A stretch of 64,000 bases of DNA from Truepera sp. (lineage in GTDB: Bacteria; Deinococcota; Deinococci; Deinococcales; Trueperaceae): positions 2,272,001 through 2,336,000 of the forward strand of contig CBDCKW010000009.1 of NCBI GenBank assembly GCA_965218435.1. The letters are read 5' to 3'. Numbering within the stretch: position 1 is the stretch's first letter; each line of letters begins with the position of its first letter. Both the position numbers and the translations under genes were made by a program. Shown piece after piece: positions 49,896 to 60,486 of the stretch. The notes below the pieces were generated by a model. That model was not told the origin of the DNA. It saw nothing but the letters and a program-made list of their open reading frames with translations, and made no database searches.

Positions 49896-50558
49896 ATGGC
49901 TGACGAGTTCGGGCGGCTGGCCGGGGTGTACGAGGGGCTCGAGCGCCTCGCCTACGGCAACTTGCTGATGCGCTCACGCACTGCGCTGCTAAACGACTTA
50001 GCCCACGCCGAGCACGTCCTGGTATTGGGAGAGGGCGACGGGCGTTTTTTGGTCGAACTCTTAGCGGCAAATCCGCACTGCTCGGTCACGGTGTTAGATA
50101 GCAGCGCAGGGATGCTGAGGCGGGCTGAGGCTCGAGTGCGAGAGAAGCTGCCGAAGTCACGCTCACGGGTCACCTTTAGACACGCCGACGCCCTGACCGA
50201 AACCTTTGCGCCGAACGCTTACGACGCCCTCGTCACCTGTTTTTTTCTCGACGTGTTTCCAGTTGCGCTGTTAGAACAGCTTGTTCCCAAGCTGGAACAA
50301 ATCCTCACACCCGGCGGCCACTGGCTCCTCGCAGACTTTGCCGCGCCGCAGACGCTCGAGCAACCTCTCCCCCGTTTTTATAGTCAGGTAATGGTACCAC
50401 TGATGTACGCCTTTTTTCGCGCACAGACGGCGCTACCAGCCCGGACATTAGTTCCCCCACAACCTTTTTTGCGCACGGTGGGGCTCGAGCTAGAACACAC
50501 ACGAACCTTTCGTGGCGGTTTCGTCTACGCGCAAATTTGGCACAAATCAATTCGCTGA
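49896..50558 (+). CDS. Class I SAM-dependent methyltransferase
   Basis: VLVLGEGDGRFL, LDSSAGML, HADAL, VTCFFLDVF, PGGHWLLADF. Confidence 0.88.
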   Translation: MADEFGRLAGVYEGLERLAYGNLLMRSRTALLNDLAHAEHVLVLGEGDGRFLVELLAANPHCSVTVLDSSAGMLRRAEARVREKLPKSRSRVTFRHADALTETFAPNAYDALVTCFFLDVFPVALLEQLVPKLEQILTPGGHWLLADFAAPQTLEQPLPRFYSQVMVPLMYAFFRAQTALPARTLVPPQPFLRTVGLELEHTRTFRGGFVYAQIWHKSIR

Positions 50559-50594
50559 GAGCAGCAGCGTACCAACCAGTAAAATGTTTGGATT

Positions 50595-51188
50595 ATGACT
50601 GTGCCTCCCGAACTACTCGGTGAACCGAGTTTCTTTTTGATTACCGGCATTATGGCAGCGGGTAAGTCGTCGGTAGCGCAAGCCTTAGCTGAACGGCTAC
50701 CTAAAAGCGTCCATCTGCGCGGCGATGTATTTAGGAAGATGATCGTGGGGGGACAAGCTGAAATCACAAGCCTCGAGCTTTCAAAAGAGGCCGAGGCGCA
50801 GCTCCGGCTCCGCTATCAGCTGGCTGTGTCAACTGCCCGACAGTACTGGGCGGCTGGGTTTTCTGTCGTGTATCAAGACATTATCGTGGGCGAAAGTCTT
50901 CTGGAGATAGTCACCACACTAAACGTCTCTCCGCTTTATGTGGTCGTCCTCTGCCCTAATGCGGAAGTCGTTACAGTCCGTGCTGCAGCGCGGTCTAAAA
51001 GCGGCTACACACCCGACCTCACCCCGACAACCTTCGACCTTGCGCTGCGCCGCGACACGCCACGTTTAGGACTCTGGCTCGATACCTCGGCGCTCAGCGT
51101 CGAGGCAACCGTTGACGCAATCCTGGGAGGGCTCGAGCAGGCCCGTATACCTACCGAAAGCCAGACAAAGCGCCGTGCTGACAGTTAG
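50595..51188 (+). CDS. P-loop kinase / AAA_33 family protein
   Basis: ITGIMAAGKSSVAQ, VHLRGDVFR, TPRLGLWLDTS. Confidence 0.85.
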   Translation: MTVPPELLGEPSFFLITGIMAAGKSSVAQALAERLPKSVHLRGDVFRKMIVGGQAEITSLELSKEAEAQLRLRYQLAVSTARQYWAAGFSVVYQDIIVGESLLEIVTTLNVSPLYVVVLCPNAEVVTVRAAARSKSGYTPDLTPTTFDLALRRDTPRLGLWLDTSALSVEATVDAILGGLEQARIPTESQTKRRADS

Positions 51189-51273
51189 CGAGAAATCTCC
51201 CCCGCTATACTAAAGTTATGCGGCGCGTTTGGCCGCTTTGACCCAATCAGCTGGCACAGCAAGGAGTTTTTTT

Positions 51274-53055
51274 GTGAGCTATCCCTATCTCGGCGCAACC
51301 TTTGAAGACGGCGGGGTCCGTTTTCGCGCCATATCCCCCACCGCAGGGCGGATGGAAGTCGTCGTTGACGGCAAGACCCACCCGCTCGAAAAAACCGGCG
51401 ACGCCACCTTTGAAACGTTCGTTCCGGAGGTGCAGGCGGGCGCACGCTATCACCTCTTAAAAGACGGTTTGAGGATGCCCGATCCGGCCTCGAGGTTTCA
51501 ACCTGAAGGCGTCCACGGTCCGTCTGAAGTTATCAACCCGCACACTTACGAATGGCACGACGAAAGTTGGCGCGGCGTTCCGCAGCAAGACCTGGTATTT
51601 TACGAGCTGCACGTCGGCACCTTTACCCCGGAAGGCACCTACCGCGCCGCGCAAGAGAAGCTCCCGTATCTCAAAAACCTTGGCATTACCGCCGTCGAAG
51701 TGATGCCCCTCGCCGCCTTTCCCGGTGAACGCAACTGGGGCTACGACCCCGCCGCGCAGTACGCGCCCGCGCACCCTTACGGTCACCCGGATGAGCTGCG
51801 CGCTTTCGTTGACGCGGCGCACGAGACCGGTTTGGCGGTTTACTTAGACGTGGTGTACAACCACTTCGGGCCGGACGGCGCGTACGTGGTCGGCCTCAAC
51901 CCGCAGATGTTTACCGAGCACCATCACACGCCCTGGGGTCAGGCCATCAATTTGGACGACACCGGTTCTGAACACGTGCGGCAGTTTTTTTTAGAAAACG
52001 CCGTGCATTGGCTCCGCGAATACCACTTCGACGGCTTCCGGCTCGACGCGGTGTTTGCGCTCGTAGACGATTCGCCGAAGCACTTCTTAAAAGAACTCGC
52101 CGAAGTTGTCGCCGAGGTCAGCAAAGAGACCGGTCTGACGCGCTATCTGATCGCCGAAGACCCGCGCAACTTCCGTGACCTGGTAATGCCACAAGAGGGG
52201 GGCGGCTACGGTTTAGACGGCGTCTGGGCTGACGACTTTCACCACGAGGTGCGGGTCAATCTGGCGGGTGATCACCACGCGTATTATCAAGACTTTACGG
52301 GCTCCCCGGCGGATATTGCGAAAACGCTCGAGCAAGGCTGGTTTTTTACCGGTCAGGCGTCCAAAAATCAAGGTGAAGCACGCGGCACACCCACGGATGG
52401 CCTCATTCCCGAGAACTTCGTCATCTGCATTCAGAACCACGACCAGATCGGTAACCGGCCCAGGGGCAACCGCCTCAGCGACGAGATTCCGCTGTCAGCC
52501 TACCGCGCCGCGAGTGCGCTGCTACTTTTCGCCCCGCAACTGCCCCTGCTGTTTCAAGGGCAAGAATGGGCGACGACAACGCCGTTTATCTACTTTACCG
52601 ACCACAACCCCGACCTCGGCAAGTTGGTCAGCAAGGGGCGCAAAGAAGAGTTTAAGGACTTCCCCGATTTTCAGGGCGACGTCCCCGACCCGCAAGACCC
52701 GGCGAGTTTTGAAAAGAGCAAGTTGTTGTGGGCTGAGCCCGAAGAACCCGAGCACGCTGGGGTTTTGCGGCTTTACAAAGACCTGTTGGCGCTCCGCCGT
52801 GACCTTTCCGATCCTATCGAAACCCTCGAGACGACCGATACCGGTTTGGTTTTACGGCGCGGCGCACACCTCCTCTACGTCGCGTTAAGAGAAAACACCA
52901 CGCTGCCTCTGGTAAGCGACTTTGAAACGCAGCTGATGACCGAAGCGCCCGCCTACGCCGAAGGCGGCAGCGAACCCGACTTCTCGGACGACACCGTAAC
53001 CTTTGCGACCCCCGGGGCCTTTATCGCGGTGACCCCGCCGGAGGAACCTTCGTGA
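51274..53055 (+). CDS. treZ: Malto-oligosyltrehalose trehalohydrolase
   Basis: DPASRFQPEGVHGPS, YELHVGTFTPEG, NWGYD, DVVYNHFGPDG, FRLDAV, IQNHDQIGNR; AAGGAG RBS. Confidence 0.96.
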   Translation: MSYPYLGATFEDGGVRFRAISPTAGRMEVVVDGKTHPLEKTGDATFETFVPEVQAGARYHLLKDGLRMPDPASRFQPEGVHGPSEVINPHTYEWHDESWRGVPQQDLVFYELHVGTFTPEGTYRAAQEKLPYLKNLGITAVEVMPLAAFPGERNWGYDPAAQYAPAHPYGHPDELRAFVDAAHETGLAVYLDVVYNHFGPDGAYVVGLNPQMFTEHHHTPWGQAINLDDTGSEHVRQFFLENAVHWLREYHFDGFRLDAVFALVDDSPKHFLKELAEVVAEVSKETGLTRYLIAEDPRNFRDLVMPQEGGGYGLDGVWADDFHHEVRVNLAGDHHAYYQDFTGSPADIAKTLEQGWFFTGQASKNQGEARGTPTDGLIPENFVICIQNHDQIGNRPRGNRLSDEIPLSAYRAASALLLFAPQLPLLFQGQEWATTTPFIYFTDHNPDLGKLVSKGRKEEFKDFPDFQGDVPDPQDPASFEKSKLLWAEPEEPEHAGVLRLYKDLLALRRDLSDPIETLETTDTGLVLRRGAHLLYVALRENTTLPLVSDFETQLMTEAPAYAEGGSEPDFSDDTVTFATPGAFIAVTPPEEPS

Positions 53056-55715
53056 ACGCGACCTACCGTTTGCAGCTGACGCCGGACTTTACCTTTGCCG
53101 ACGTAGAGCGGCTGCTCCCGTACTTCGACAAGCTCGGGGTGTCGCATCTCTATTTGTCACCGATTACCGAAGCGCGGCTCGGCAGCACCCACGGTTACGA
53201 CGTGATTGACCATAACCGCGTCCGTGAAGCGTTCGGCGGGCGTGAAGGCTTGGACGCGCTGATGGCGGCGGCTAAAACGCACAACCTCAAACTCCTCGTT
53301 GATTTTGTGCCGAACCACGCAGGCGTCGCGCCGCGCAACGCTTTTTGGAACGACGTGCTGGCCTACGGCCCCTACTCGCCCTACGCCGGGTTTTTCGATA
53401 TTGACTGGCACCCCTTAAAACTCGAGCTGGCCGATAAGGTGCTCCTTCCCTCGCTCGGGAGCCCTTACGGGGAGATTTTAGACAGCGGCGAGTTAGGCTT
53501 TCTCTATCTGGACGGACGCTTTTATGTGACCTATTACGACTCGAGGTTTGCCCTTAATCCGGCGAGCTATCCGGTTATCTTAGAGCGGCTACTACCTAAA
53601 TTTGAACGAAGCGATGTTTACTTCGACCTCAAGGATTTACTCGACGCGTATACCGAACTACAGCCCACCGAGGTGGAAAAAGCTGAAGCCCTCCGGGTCC
53701 GGCTCTCAGCCCTCGCTGAACAGCTCAAGCTGGGTGAGTTGGAGTTGCCGGTCTTAGAGCCCGCCGAGATGCACGCCCTCTTGGAGCGGCAGTTCTGGCG
53801 GCTGGCGCACTGGCAGACGGCCGGGTACGACATCAACTACCGCCGGTTTTTCGACATCAACGAACTCGTCGCGTTGCATATGGAGACGCCGGATGTATTC
53901 TGGACAGCGCACAAACTCTTGGGCGAGCTGGCCTTAGATGAGACGCTCGAGGGTGTCCGCATTGACCACATTGACGGGCTGTTCGACCCGCAGGGCTACT
54001 TGGACAACCTCAAAGCCCTCGGCGTCAAAAAGGCGTGGGTCGAAAAGATTTTGGCGGCGGGCGAAGTCTTGCCCGAAGCCTGGATTACCGAGGGCACCTC
54101 GGGGTACGAGTTTATGAACGACGTTTTGGGTGTACTCGTCCAGCCGAGCGGTGAAGACCCGCTCTTAAAGACCTACCGCCGGTTTTTGGGTACCGTCAAG
54201 CCTTACGAAGATGAGGTTCACGACGCCAAGCTGTTGGTGATGGAGACGAGTTTGGCGGGCGAGTTGGTCCGGCTGTCAACCGAGTTGGAGCGCCTCGCGG
54301 CAGCCGACTATCACACCCGCGACTTTACGTTGCAGGCGCTGCAAGACGCCCTCGCGGAGATTATCGCGGCGTTTCCGCGTTACCGCACCTATCTGCCACA
54401 CGGCGCGGACGAGGCCAAGACGATCGTCGGCGAGGCGGTCGAGGCGGCCAAACGGCGCAATCCAGCGACCGAAAAGTCAGTGTATGACTTTATCCAAAGC
54501 TGCTTGCTGACGGAGCAAGAAGGTGAGCTCGAGCTCGCCCGCCTCGCTTTTGTCGGACGCTTTCAGCAGTACACCGCGCCGGTGACGGCGAAGGGGCTCG
54601 AGGACACCACCTTTTACCGTTATCTGCCGTTTGCCGCTCGCAACGAGGTTGGCGGCGAACCCGAACGCTTTTCGACCGAACTGCACGCCTTTCACGCCCG
54701 CGCCCGTTTCCGCGCCTACCGCTACCCGGAAAACCTGTTAGCGACCGCCACGCACGACCACAAACGCGGCGAAGACACCCGGATGCGCCTCGCTACGCTC
54801 TCAGAAATCCCCGAGCTGTGGGAAGAGACGGTCACCAAACTGCACGAACGCGCCTCGGAACTTCAGCGCCTGTCAACGACCGGAACCCCGTTTTCGTCTC
54901 AACTCAACGGTAGCGACGTCTACTTGATGTATCAGCTGTTAGGGGCGCTCCTCAAAGGTGAAACGCCTGAAGGACTTCAAGAACGCCTGCTGCCGTACAT
55001 GGAAAAAGCGATGCGCGAGGCGAAACTGCGCACCTCGTGGCTCAACCCGAACAGCGATTATGAAGATGCAGTTAAGGGGCTGCTCGAGCAAATCCTCGCT
55101 GACGACACCGCGCTAGGTATTTTGGAGCCGCTCGCCTCGGAGATGGCGCGGCTTGGCTTTTACAACACGCTCGCGCAGACCATCATCAAACTCACGACGC
55201 CAGGCGTGCCTGACTTTTATCAGGGAACAGAGTTTTTAGACCTCTCTTTGGTTGACCCCGACAACCGCCGCCCGGTGGACTACGAGGCCAGAGGGGAACT
55301 AATTGATAGGCTCGAGCCCCTCATCGCCGATCCCGACGCTGAGACGCTGCAAGGTTGGTTAGAGGCGCAAGACCCACAGGCTAAAATGTACCTGACGACG
55401 CGCCTGCTGCGGATTCGGCGCGAGCATCCCGAACTGTTTGCCGGAGAGTACCGCGACCTGAACGCCGAAGGCGACGGGAGCGAGCACGTCATCGCCTACA
55501 CCCGCGAAGGGGGGGGCGCTGCGCTTTTGACCTTCGTCACCCGGTTTCCCAAAACGGCTGAGAGCACCGATCTAAGCAAGGTTAAGGCAGAGCTACCTGA
55601 ACAGTTACGGGGCAAAACGTGGCTCGAGCTGTTCTCTGGCCGGGAGTTTACCCAAGACACCTTTTCACCGACCGACTTTCCCCTACCTTTTGCGGTTTTG
55701 CTGTCAACGTCGTAA
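53052..55715 (+). CDS. treY: Malto-oligosyltrehalose synthase
   Basis: ATYRLQL, STHGYDV, NYRRFFDIN, RIDHIDGL, ATHDHKRGED, PGVPDFYQG, SLVDPDNRRPVD. Confidence 0.97.
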   Translation: MNATYRLQLTPDFTFADVERLLPYFDKLGVSHLYLSPITEARLGSTHGYDVIDHNRVREAFGGREGLDALMAAAKTHNLKLLVDFVPNHAGVAPRNAFWNDVLAYGPYSPYAGFFDIDWHPLKLELADKVLLPSLGSPYGEILDSGELGFLYLDGRFYVTYYDSRFALNPASYPVILERLLPKFERSDVYFDLKDLLDAYTELQPTEVEKAEALRVRLSALAEQLKLGELELPVLEPAEMHALLERQFWRLAHWQTAGYDINYRRFFDINELVALHMETPDVFWTAHKLLGELALDETLEGVRIDHIDGLFDPQGYLDNLKALGVKKAWVEKILAAGEVLPEAWITEGTSGYEFMNDVLGVLVQPSGEDPLLKTYRRFLGTVKPYEDEVHDAKLLVMETSLAGELVRLSTELERLAAADYHTRDFTLQALQDALAEIIAAFPRYRTYLPHGADEAKTIVGEAVEAAKRRNPATEKSVYDFIQSCLLTEQEGELELARLAFVGRFQQYTAPVTAKGLEDTTFYRYLPFAARNEVGGEPERFSTELHAFHARARFRAYRYPENLLATATHDHKRGEDTRMRLATLSEIPELWEETVTKLHERASELQRLSTTGTPFSSQLNGSDVYLMYQLLGALLKGETPEGLQERLLPYMEKAMREAKLRTSWLNPNSDYEDAVKGLLEQILADDTALGILEPLASEMARLGFYNTLAQTIIKLTTPGVPDFYQGTEFLDLSLVDPDNRRPVDYEARGELIDRLEPLIADPDAETLQGWLEAQDPQAKMYLTTRLLRIRREHPELFAGEYRDLNAEGDGSEHVIAYTREGGGAALLTFVTRFPKTAESTDLSKVKAELPEQLRGKTWLELFSGREFTQDTFSPTDFPLPFAVLLSTS

Positions 55716-55782
55716 AACATGAGCAGCGCCGGAGCTTAAATCTGGCGCTGTTATCTCGAGCATGGATATCTTTTTTTTACTC

Positions 55783-56796
55783 CTACTTTCTACTGAGCGC
55801 CGTGTCTACGGCGTAAGCCCTCTCTACCGTGCCACCTGGAACAAAGTTCGCCATCAGGTAGTGTAACGACTCACGTCGGTCTTCATCACCGCCGGGTTGA
55901 GTCAGTTCGTCACAGTAGACGGCAACGTCTTGAACGATTCGTTCAAAGCGGTAGTACGCCAGTGCTGTAGAGTCCAGGGGCACCTGACCGTACCCCCGGT
56001 AAAATAGCCTCTCTTCTTCTGAAGGCGTGCAACCCGCAAACCCTTGTGCGCCTCCAACGAACATCAGATCGCGCTCTTTGGGTGCGAGAATAGGGTCATC
56101 CCAGTCAACGATATAAAAGTGGTGGTTGCTCCCAAACAAAAGGTTGCCCGCGTGAAGGTCGGCGTGGCACACCACCAGCTCGAGTTCACGCTTTTGTAGG
56201 GTTTGGGCAAGGCGTTCGGCGTGCCCAACAAGCTCGAGCAGTTCGGCCCGTTTAGCCTTCATAAAAGCTGCCGTCTTTGCAGCGATGGGATCAGCGAAGG
56301 TGGTGTGCTCGAGGCGGGCTAAAAACCGCCTGACCGCTGTTCGTCCGTCAGCCTCAAAGGTTTCACGCCGAACTCTACGCAACAAGGGTGGCGGTAGCCT
56401 CAGCGTATGGAGACGCCTCAGCGCAGCACCAAAGTCGTGCCAGTTTTGCTCGGTCAAGCTCACCGCGTAGCCGCTCTGCCCGGTGACAAATGGATAAAGA
56501 ATGACAGTAAAGGCGTCCAGGGTAGTCCAAAGCAGCTCGGTTTTGGTCTGTAGCGGCGAGATGATGTGCTCGACGCCGTGCCCTCTCAGGTAATGAGGCA
56601 GTGTTACAGACGCCTCGTCAAAAGTTCCACGTCTGAGTTTTACAAAATAGGACTGGTCATCAGTCACGGCGCGGTAGACCGCTGTGTTAGGGTCCGCCCC
56701 AAGTGCAAGAAACGCAACCCGAACGACGTGCAACCCGTAGCTACGGCGTAGCTGCGTGATAAGCACCTCGTCCTCGAGGTTAGGTTTTTCGAGCAT
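55783..56796 (-). CDS. Aminoglycoside phosphotransferase, APH(9)-Ia (spectinomycin kinase)-like
   Basis: LGADPN..VY, SYFVKL, ILYPF, CHADLHAGNLL, IVDWDDPILAPKERDLMFVGG, LAYYRFERIVQD. Confidence 0.85.
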   Translation of the reverse strand: MLEKPNLEDEVLITQLRRSYGLHVVRVAFLALGADPNTAVYRAVTDDQSYFVKLRRGTFDEASVTLPHYLRGHGVEHIISPLQTKTELLWTTLDAFTVILYPFVTGQSGYAVSLTEQNWHDFGAALRRLHTLRLPPPLLRRVRRETFEADGRTAVRRFLARLEHTTFADPIAAKTAAFMKAKRAELLELVGHAERLAQTLQKRELELVVCHADLHAGNLLFGSNHHFYIVDWDDPILAPKERDLMFVGGAQGFAGCTPSEEERLFYRGYGQVPLDSTALAYYRFERIVQDVAVYCDELTQPGGDEDRRESLHYLMANFVPGGTVERAYAVDTALSRK

Positions 56797-56939
56797 CGTC
56801 GCACGCTCCAAAGTGCTTTCTTAAGTTGGCGGTAACCATCCGTAAATGAGAACCGTAGAACCGTTTTAGAAGGTGAGTCGCTGCCCAGGACATGAAAGAG
56901 GATGTCAACCCAGTCAAATACGGCGACGATACCCCCGAA

Positions 56940-57161
56940 CTACTGCGTGACCAAGTCCATCGCCTCTTGCAGCACGTCTCTCGAGGCGAATTTCACCTTA
57001 TCGGTACTCATATTTTGGGCTTTAGCGACGAGCTTGACCACTTCGTCGTAGGCGCGCGTGTACGCTTCGGACGCGCCGGACCTTTTAAGCCAGGTTTTAT
57101 ATTGCGGGCGGATTTTGGCCGCGACGGTTTTGCTAAGTTTTTTCTCCTGGTCATCCATCAC
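56940..57161 (-). CDS. Small helical hypothetical protein (73 aa)
   Basis: AAGGAG RBS; amphipathic helical sequence with typical codon usage. Confidence 0.6.
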   Translation of the reverse strand: MMDDQEKKLSKTVAAKIRPQYKTWLKRSGASEAYTRAYDEVVKLVAKAQNMSTDKVKFASRDVLQEAMDLVTQ

Positions 57162-57381
57162 GGCTCCTTTATACAGCTTGATCTCTACCTCAACGCTCGT
57201 CGCCTGACCTGCCGGTTATAAAACCACTTAAAAGACGTTTGCGACGAGCGTTTGGGATTAGTTAGCTACAGCGGCTCGAGGTCACTGTAGCATATCTAAA
57301 AAACGATTCTGGAGGTCTAAAGCTTCCGAGCTTCACCTCGAGTCGTCCGGATTAAACCCTGTCATTGGTTGTAGCTAAAAA

Positions 57382-59505
57382 CTATTGCGGCTTGACCCCA
57401 CGCAGCACTGAAATCTGCCCCGCCGGTAAGACCAGGCTGCTGCCGGCGTAAAGCGGGCGTGAGCGCCGCACGCGGCCCGGTTCAGTCGCCCAAAGCCGCT
57501 CCCAGAGCCACCCCGGATGTGCGGGTACGTCGGGCAAGATAAAACGCGTGGGCCGTTTGCCGTGAAAGAGCACCAGGTAGCTCTCGTCGGCGGGGCGCTC
57601 ACCCATGCTGTACGGCAGTTCTGAAGAGGCTGCGCCGCATAAGAGCATTCCAAACGCACGCAACCTCGGGTCGTGCCAATCACCGCCGTCCATCTCGCGG
57701 CCTTCCGGGTGAATCCAGGCCACGTCGCGGCAGCCCTCGTCACCCCGGCCGGTTAAGAAGCTGCGGCGGCGAAAGATCGGGTGCGCTCTGCGAAACGCGA
57801 TAACGTCACGCGTAAAGTTTAAGAACCGCTGTTCGCGTTCGTCTAAATCCCAATTAAACCAACTAATTTCGTTGTCTTGGCAATAGGCATTGTTCGAGCC
57901 GCCTTGGGTGCGTGAGAGTTCGTCGCCGCCTAAGAGCATCGGGACACCTTGCGACAACAAGAGCGTCGCTAAAAAGGTGCGTTTGCGCGTCTCACGGTTG
58001 GTCAGCACCGCCGCGTCATCGGTCTCGCCCTCGACACCGCCGTTATACGAGTTGTTGTGGTCTTCGCCGTCGCGGTTGCCTTCACCGTTCGCTTCGTTGT
58101 GTTTTGCGTTGTATGAGACCAAATCCTGCAAGGTAAAGCCGTCGTGCGCGGTAATGAAGTTAATTGATGCCGACGGATGCCGCCCGTCATGGGCGTAGAG
58201 GTCGCTGCTCCCGGTCACGCGCGTGACAAACTCGGCGGTGAGCCCCTCGCCCCCGTTCCAAAACGACCGGATGGTATCGCGGTAACGCCCGTTCCACTCC
58301 GACCAGTTCCAGGGGAAGCCGCCGACCTGGTAGCCGTTCGGTCCCACATCCCAGGGTTCAGCGATCAGCTTGACCTGTGACAACACCGGGTCTTGCTCGA
58401 TGGCTTGGAGCGCGAGTGAATGCATATTGACGTCGTCCATACCGCGAGCGAGCGATGAGGCCAAATCAAAGCGGAAGCCGTCCACATGCATCTCTTGGGT
58501 CCAGTAACGGAGCGAATCGGTTAAGAGCCGAACGACGGCGGGTTGGGTGGCGTCTAACGTATTGCCGGTACCGGTATAGTCCATGTAGTAGCGGCGCTCA
58601 TCCGGGTTGGTTTTGTAGTACGAGACGTTATCAATGCCTTTGTACGAGAGCGTCGGCCCCATGCGGTTGCCTTCGCCGGTATGGTTATAAACCACGTCGA
58701 TAATGACCTCGAGCCCCGCGTTATGCAGCGCCCGGACCATCATCTTAAACTCGTCTACCGCGCGTTCTGGCCGGGTGGCGTAACTCGGTTCGGGGGCAAA
58801 ATAAGCCAGCGGGTTGTACCCCCAATAGTTCGACAAGCCTTTTTCAACTAGATAGTGGTCGTTGGTAAACATCTGTACGGGTAACAGCTCGACGGTCGTC
58901 ACCCCAAGCGAGACGAGGTGCGACAAAATCGGGTCGGAGACCAATCCCAAGTAGGTACCGCGCAGACGTGGGTCAACGTCCGGGTGAAGCTCGCTGATAC
59001 CCTTGACGTGCGTTTCGTAGACCACGGTCTTGTCCCAAGGGATTTGCGGACGGCGGTCGTGGCCCCAAGCAAAAGCGTCCTCGACGATGCGGCCCAGAGG
59101 CGCAAAAGGCGCACTGTCGGCGTCGCTAAACGACGTGTCTTCGGCAGGGTCACCGATTTTATAGCCAAAAAGCGAGGTGTCCCATTCCGGCGTGCGGCCA
59201 ATCGCCTTGGCGTAGGGGTCGAGCAGTACCTTATTCGGATTAAAGCGGTGACCGTTTTCCGGCTCAAAGGGACCGTGAACCCGGTAGCCGTAGAGCTGCC
59301 CCGGATAAACACCTTTAAGGTAACCGTGCCAGACCGGGCCGGTACGTTCGGGGAGCTCGAGCGTGGCTGAAGCTTGCCGGTCGTCGGGCTCAGCAAAAAA
59401 AAGCAGTTCGACTTGGGTCGCGTGCTCACTGTAAAGGGCAAAGTTGACGCCGAGGCCGTCCCACGTTGCGCCCAGCGGATAAGGGGTTCCGGGTCTTAGA
59501 TTCAC
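57382..59505 (-). CDS. glgX: Glycogen debranching enzyme GlgX/TreX
   Basis: [76 protein letters not shown]. Confidence 0.97.
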   Translation of the reverse strand: MNLRPGTPYPLGATWDGLGVNFALYSEHATQVELLFFAEPDDRQASATLELPERTGPVWHGYLKGVYPGQLYGYRVHGPFEPENGHRFNPNKVLLDPYAKAIGRTPEWDTSLFGYKIGDPAEDTSFSDADSAPFAPLGRIVEDAFAWGHDRRPQIPWDKTVVYETHVKGISELHPDVDPRLRGTYLGLVSDPILSHLVSLGVTTVELLPVQMFTNDHYLVEKGLSNYWGYNPLAYFAPEPSYATRPERAVDEFKMMVRALHNAGLEVIIDVVYNHTGEGNRMGPTLSYKGIDNVSYYKTNPDERRYYMDYTGTGNTLDATQPAVVRLLTDSLRYWTQEMHVDGFRFDLASSLARGMDDVNMHSLALQAIEQDPVLSQVKLIAEPWDVGPNGYQVGGFPWNWSEWNGRYRDTIRSFWNGGEGLTAEFVTRVTGSSDLYAHDGRHPSASINFITAHDGFTLQDLVSYNAKHNEANGEGNRDGEDHNNSYNGGVEGETDDAAVLTNRETRKRTFLATLLLSQGVPMLLGGDELSRTQGGSNNAYCQDNEISWFNWDLDEREQRFLNFTRDVIAFRRAHPIFRRRSFLTGRGDEGCRDVAWIHPEGREMDGGDWHDPRLRAFGMLLCGAASSELPYSMGERPADESYLVLFHGKRPTRFILPDVPAHPGWLWERLWATEPGRVRRSRPLYAGSSLVLPAGQISVLRGVKPQ

Positions 59506-59765
59506 CCCGCCACTCTAACGTAAGCTGAGACCTGCCGATTGTGATACGGCTTCTCATGAAGTCTTTCAAACCTACTCGGCTATAGGCGTAAAGCTCAGCG
59601 CCTCGCGCGGTCTTTCGGCTCGGGGTCAAGTTGCCGTTCCAAACAGTTGATTCCTGATTTTTTGAGAGCTTGGGCCGGCGCACTTACGGGCACGTATAAC
59701 TCCGGCAACTACCAGAAAACTTGCCCCGGTCTCATCTAACTTTCAGCTTTTCTCTCTCAGTACGC

Positions 59766-59794
59766 TTGTACTTTACAAACGTGGTCTTTATAAT
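59766..59794 (+). promoter_or_regulatory. Sigma70-type promoter upstream of the MarR gene
   Basis: TTGTAC-N17-TATAAT. Confidence 0.6.
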
Positions 59795-59855
59795 GGGTCA
59801 GTTTACCCGGAAGTAGCTTTGAACGCTGCAGTAAGAGGGCGGCCGCGCAGAGCTT

Positions 59856-60377
59856 ATGTTTAGATTAGGGGTCACTGATGTCACTATTTACGCCGTACGG
59901 AATACGTTAATGCAAACATTGTCCGGCAAAGCCCCAAGCCAAGCCAAAGTTGCCCTGCTTGATGAATTTGGGAGTTACGCGCTCCAGCTGATGTGGGTTT
60001 TGCGGCAAGACGCAGCTCAGGCGTTTAGCCCCTTGGGGTTTCGCACCGTGCGGGCGCTGCTGCTCGAGTTCGTCGGCCGCGGCCACACCCAACCTAAAGA
60101 GCTCGCCGAGCTTTTAGGGGTCGTGCCGCCAGCCGTATCAACGATGATTGCCGAGCTTACCGAACGCGGCTTTTTAGCCCGCGAAGGCCATCCTAAAGAC
60201 GGCCGCCGCGTCCAGCTGAGCCTGACCGAAGCCGGTCAGCGGGCGCGCACGCAGCTCCGCGACGCCTGGAGCAAAACAGGACTCAGGCGCTTGGGTAGCT
60301 TTTCCGATGAGGAACTCGAGACCTTTGTCGGTCTCTGCCGTAAACTACTCGCCGAGCAGATAGAAGCTAAAAGCTAA
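59856..60377 (+). CDS. MarR-family transcriptional regulator (start may be 59910)
   Basis: PKELAELLGV.PPAVSTMIAEL.ERG, DGRRVQLSLTEAG. Confidence 0.9.
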   Translation: MFRLGVTDVTIYAVRNTLMQTLSGKAPSQAKVALLDEFGSYALQLMWVLRQDAAQAFSPLGFRTVRALLLEFVGRGHTQPKELAELLGVVPPAVSTMIAELTERGFLAREGHPKDGRRVQLSLTEAGQRARTQLRDAWSKTGLRRLGSFSDEELETFVGLCRKLLAEQIEAKS

Positions 60378-60486
60378 GCCATAATTTAGCTTTGCGCCTT
60401 GGCTCTACGCAGAGCAACGTCCACAGTGTTTGAGGCGCAAAGACGACTTTTAGACTGAGCAGGTAGCTGTCTCGTTCAGCTTAGCC

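Noticed and set aside
56892..57221. 109-aa plus-strand ORF
   Set aside because: Antisense shadow of the 73-aa ORF, which has the better RBS and codon pattern.
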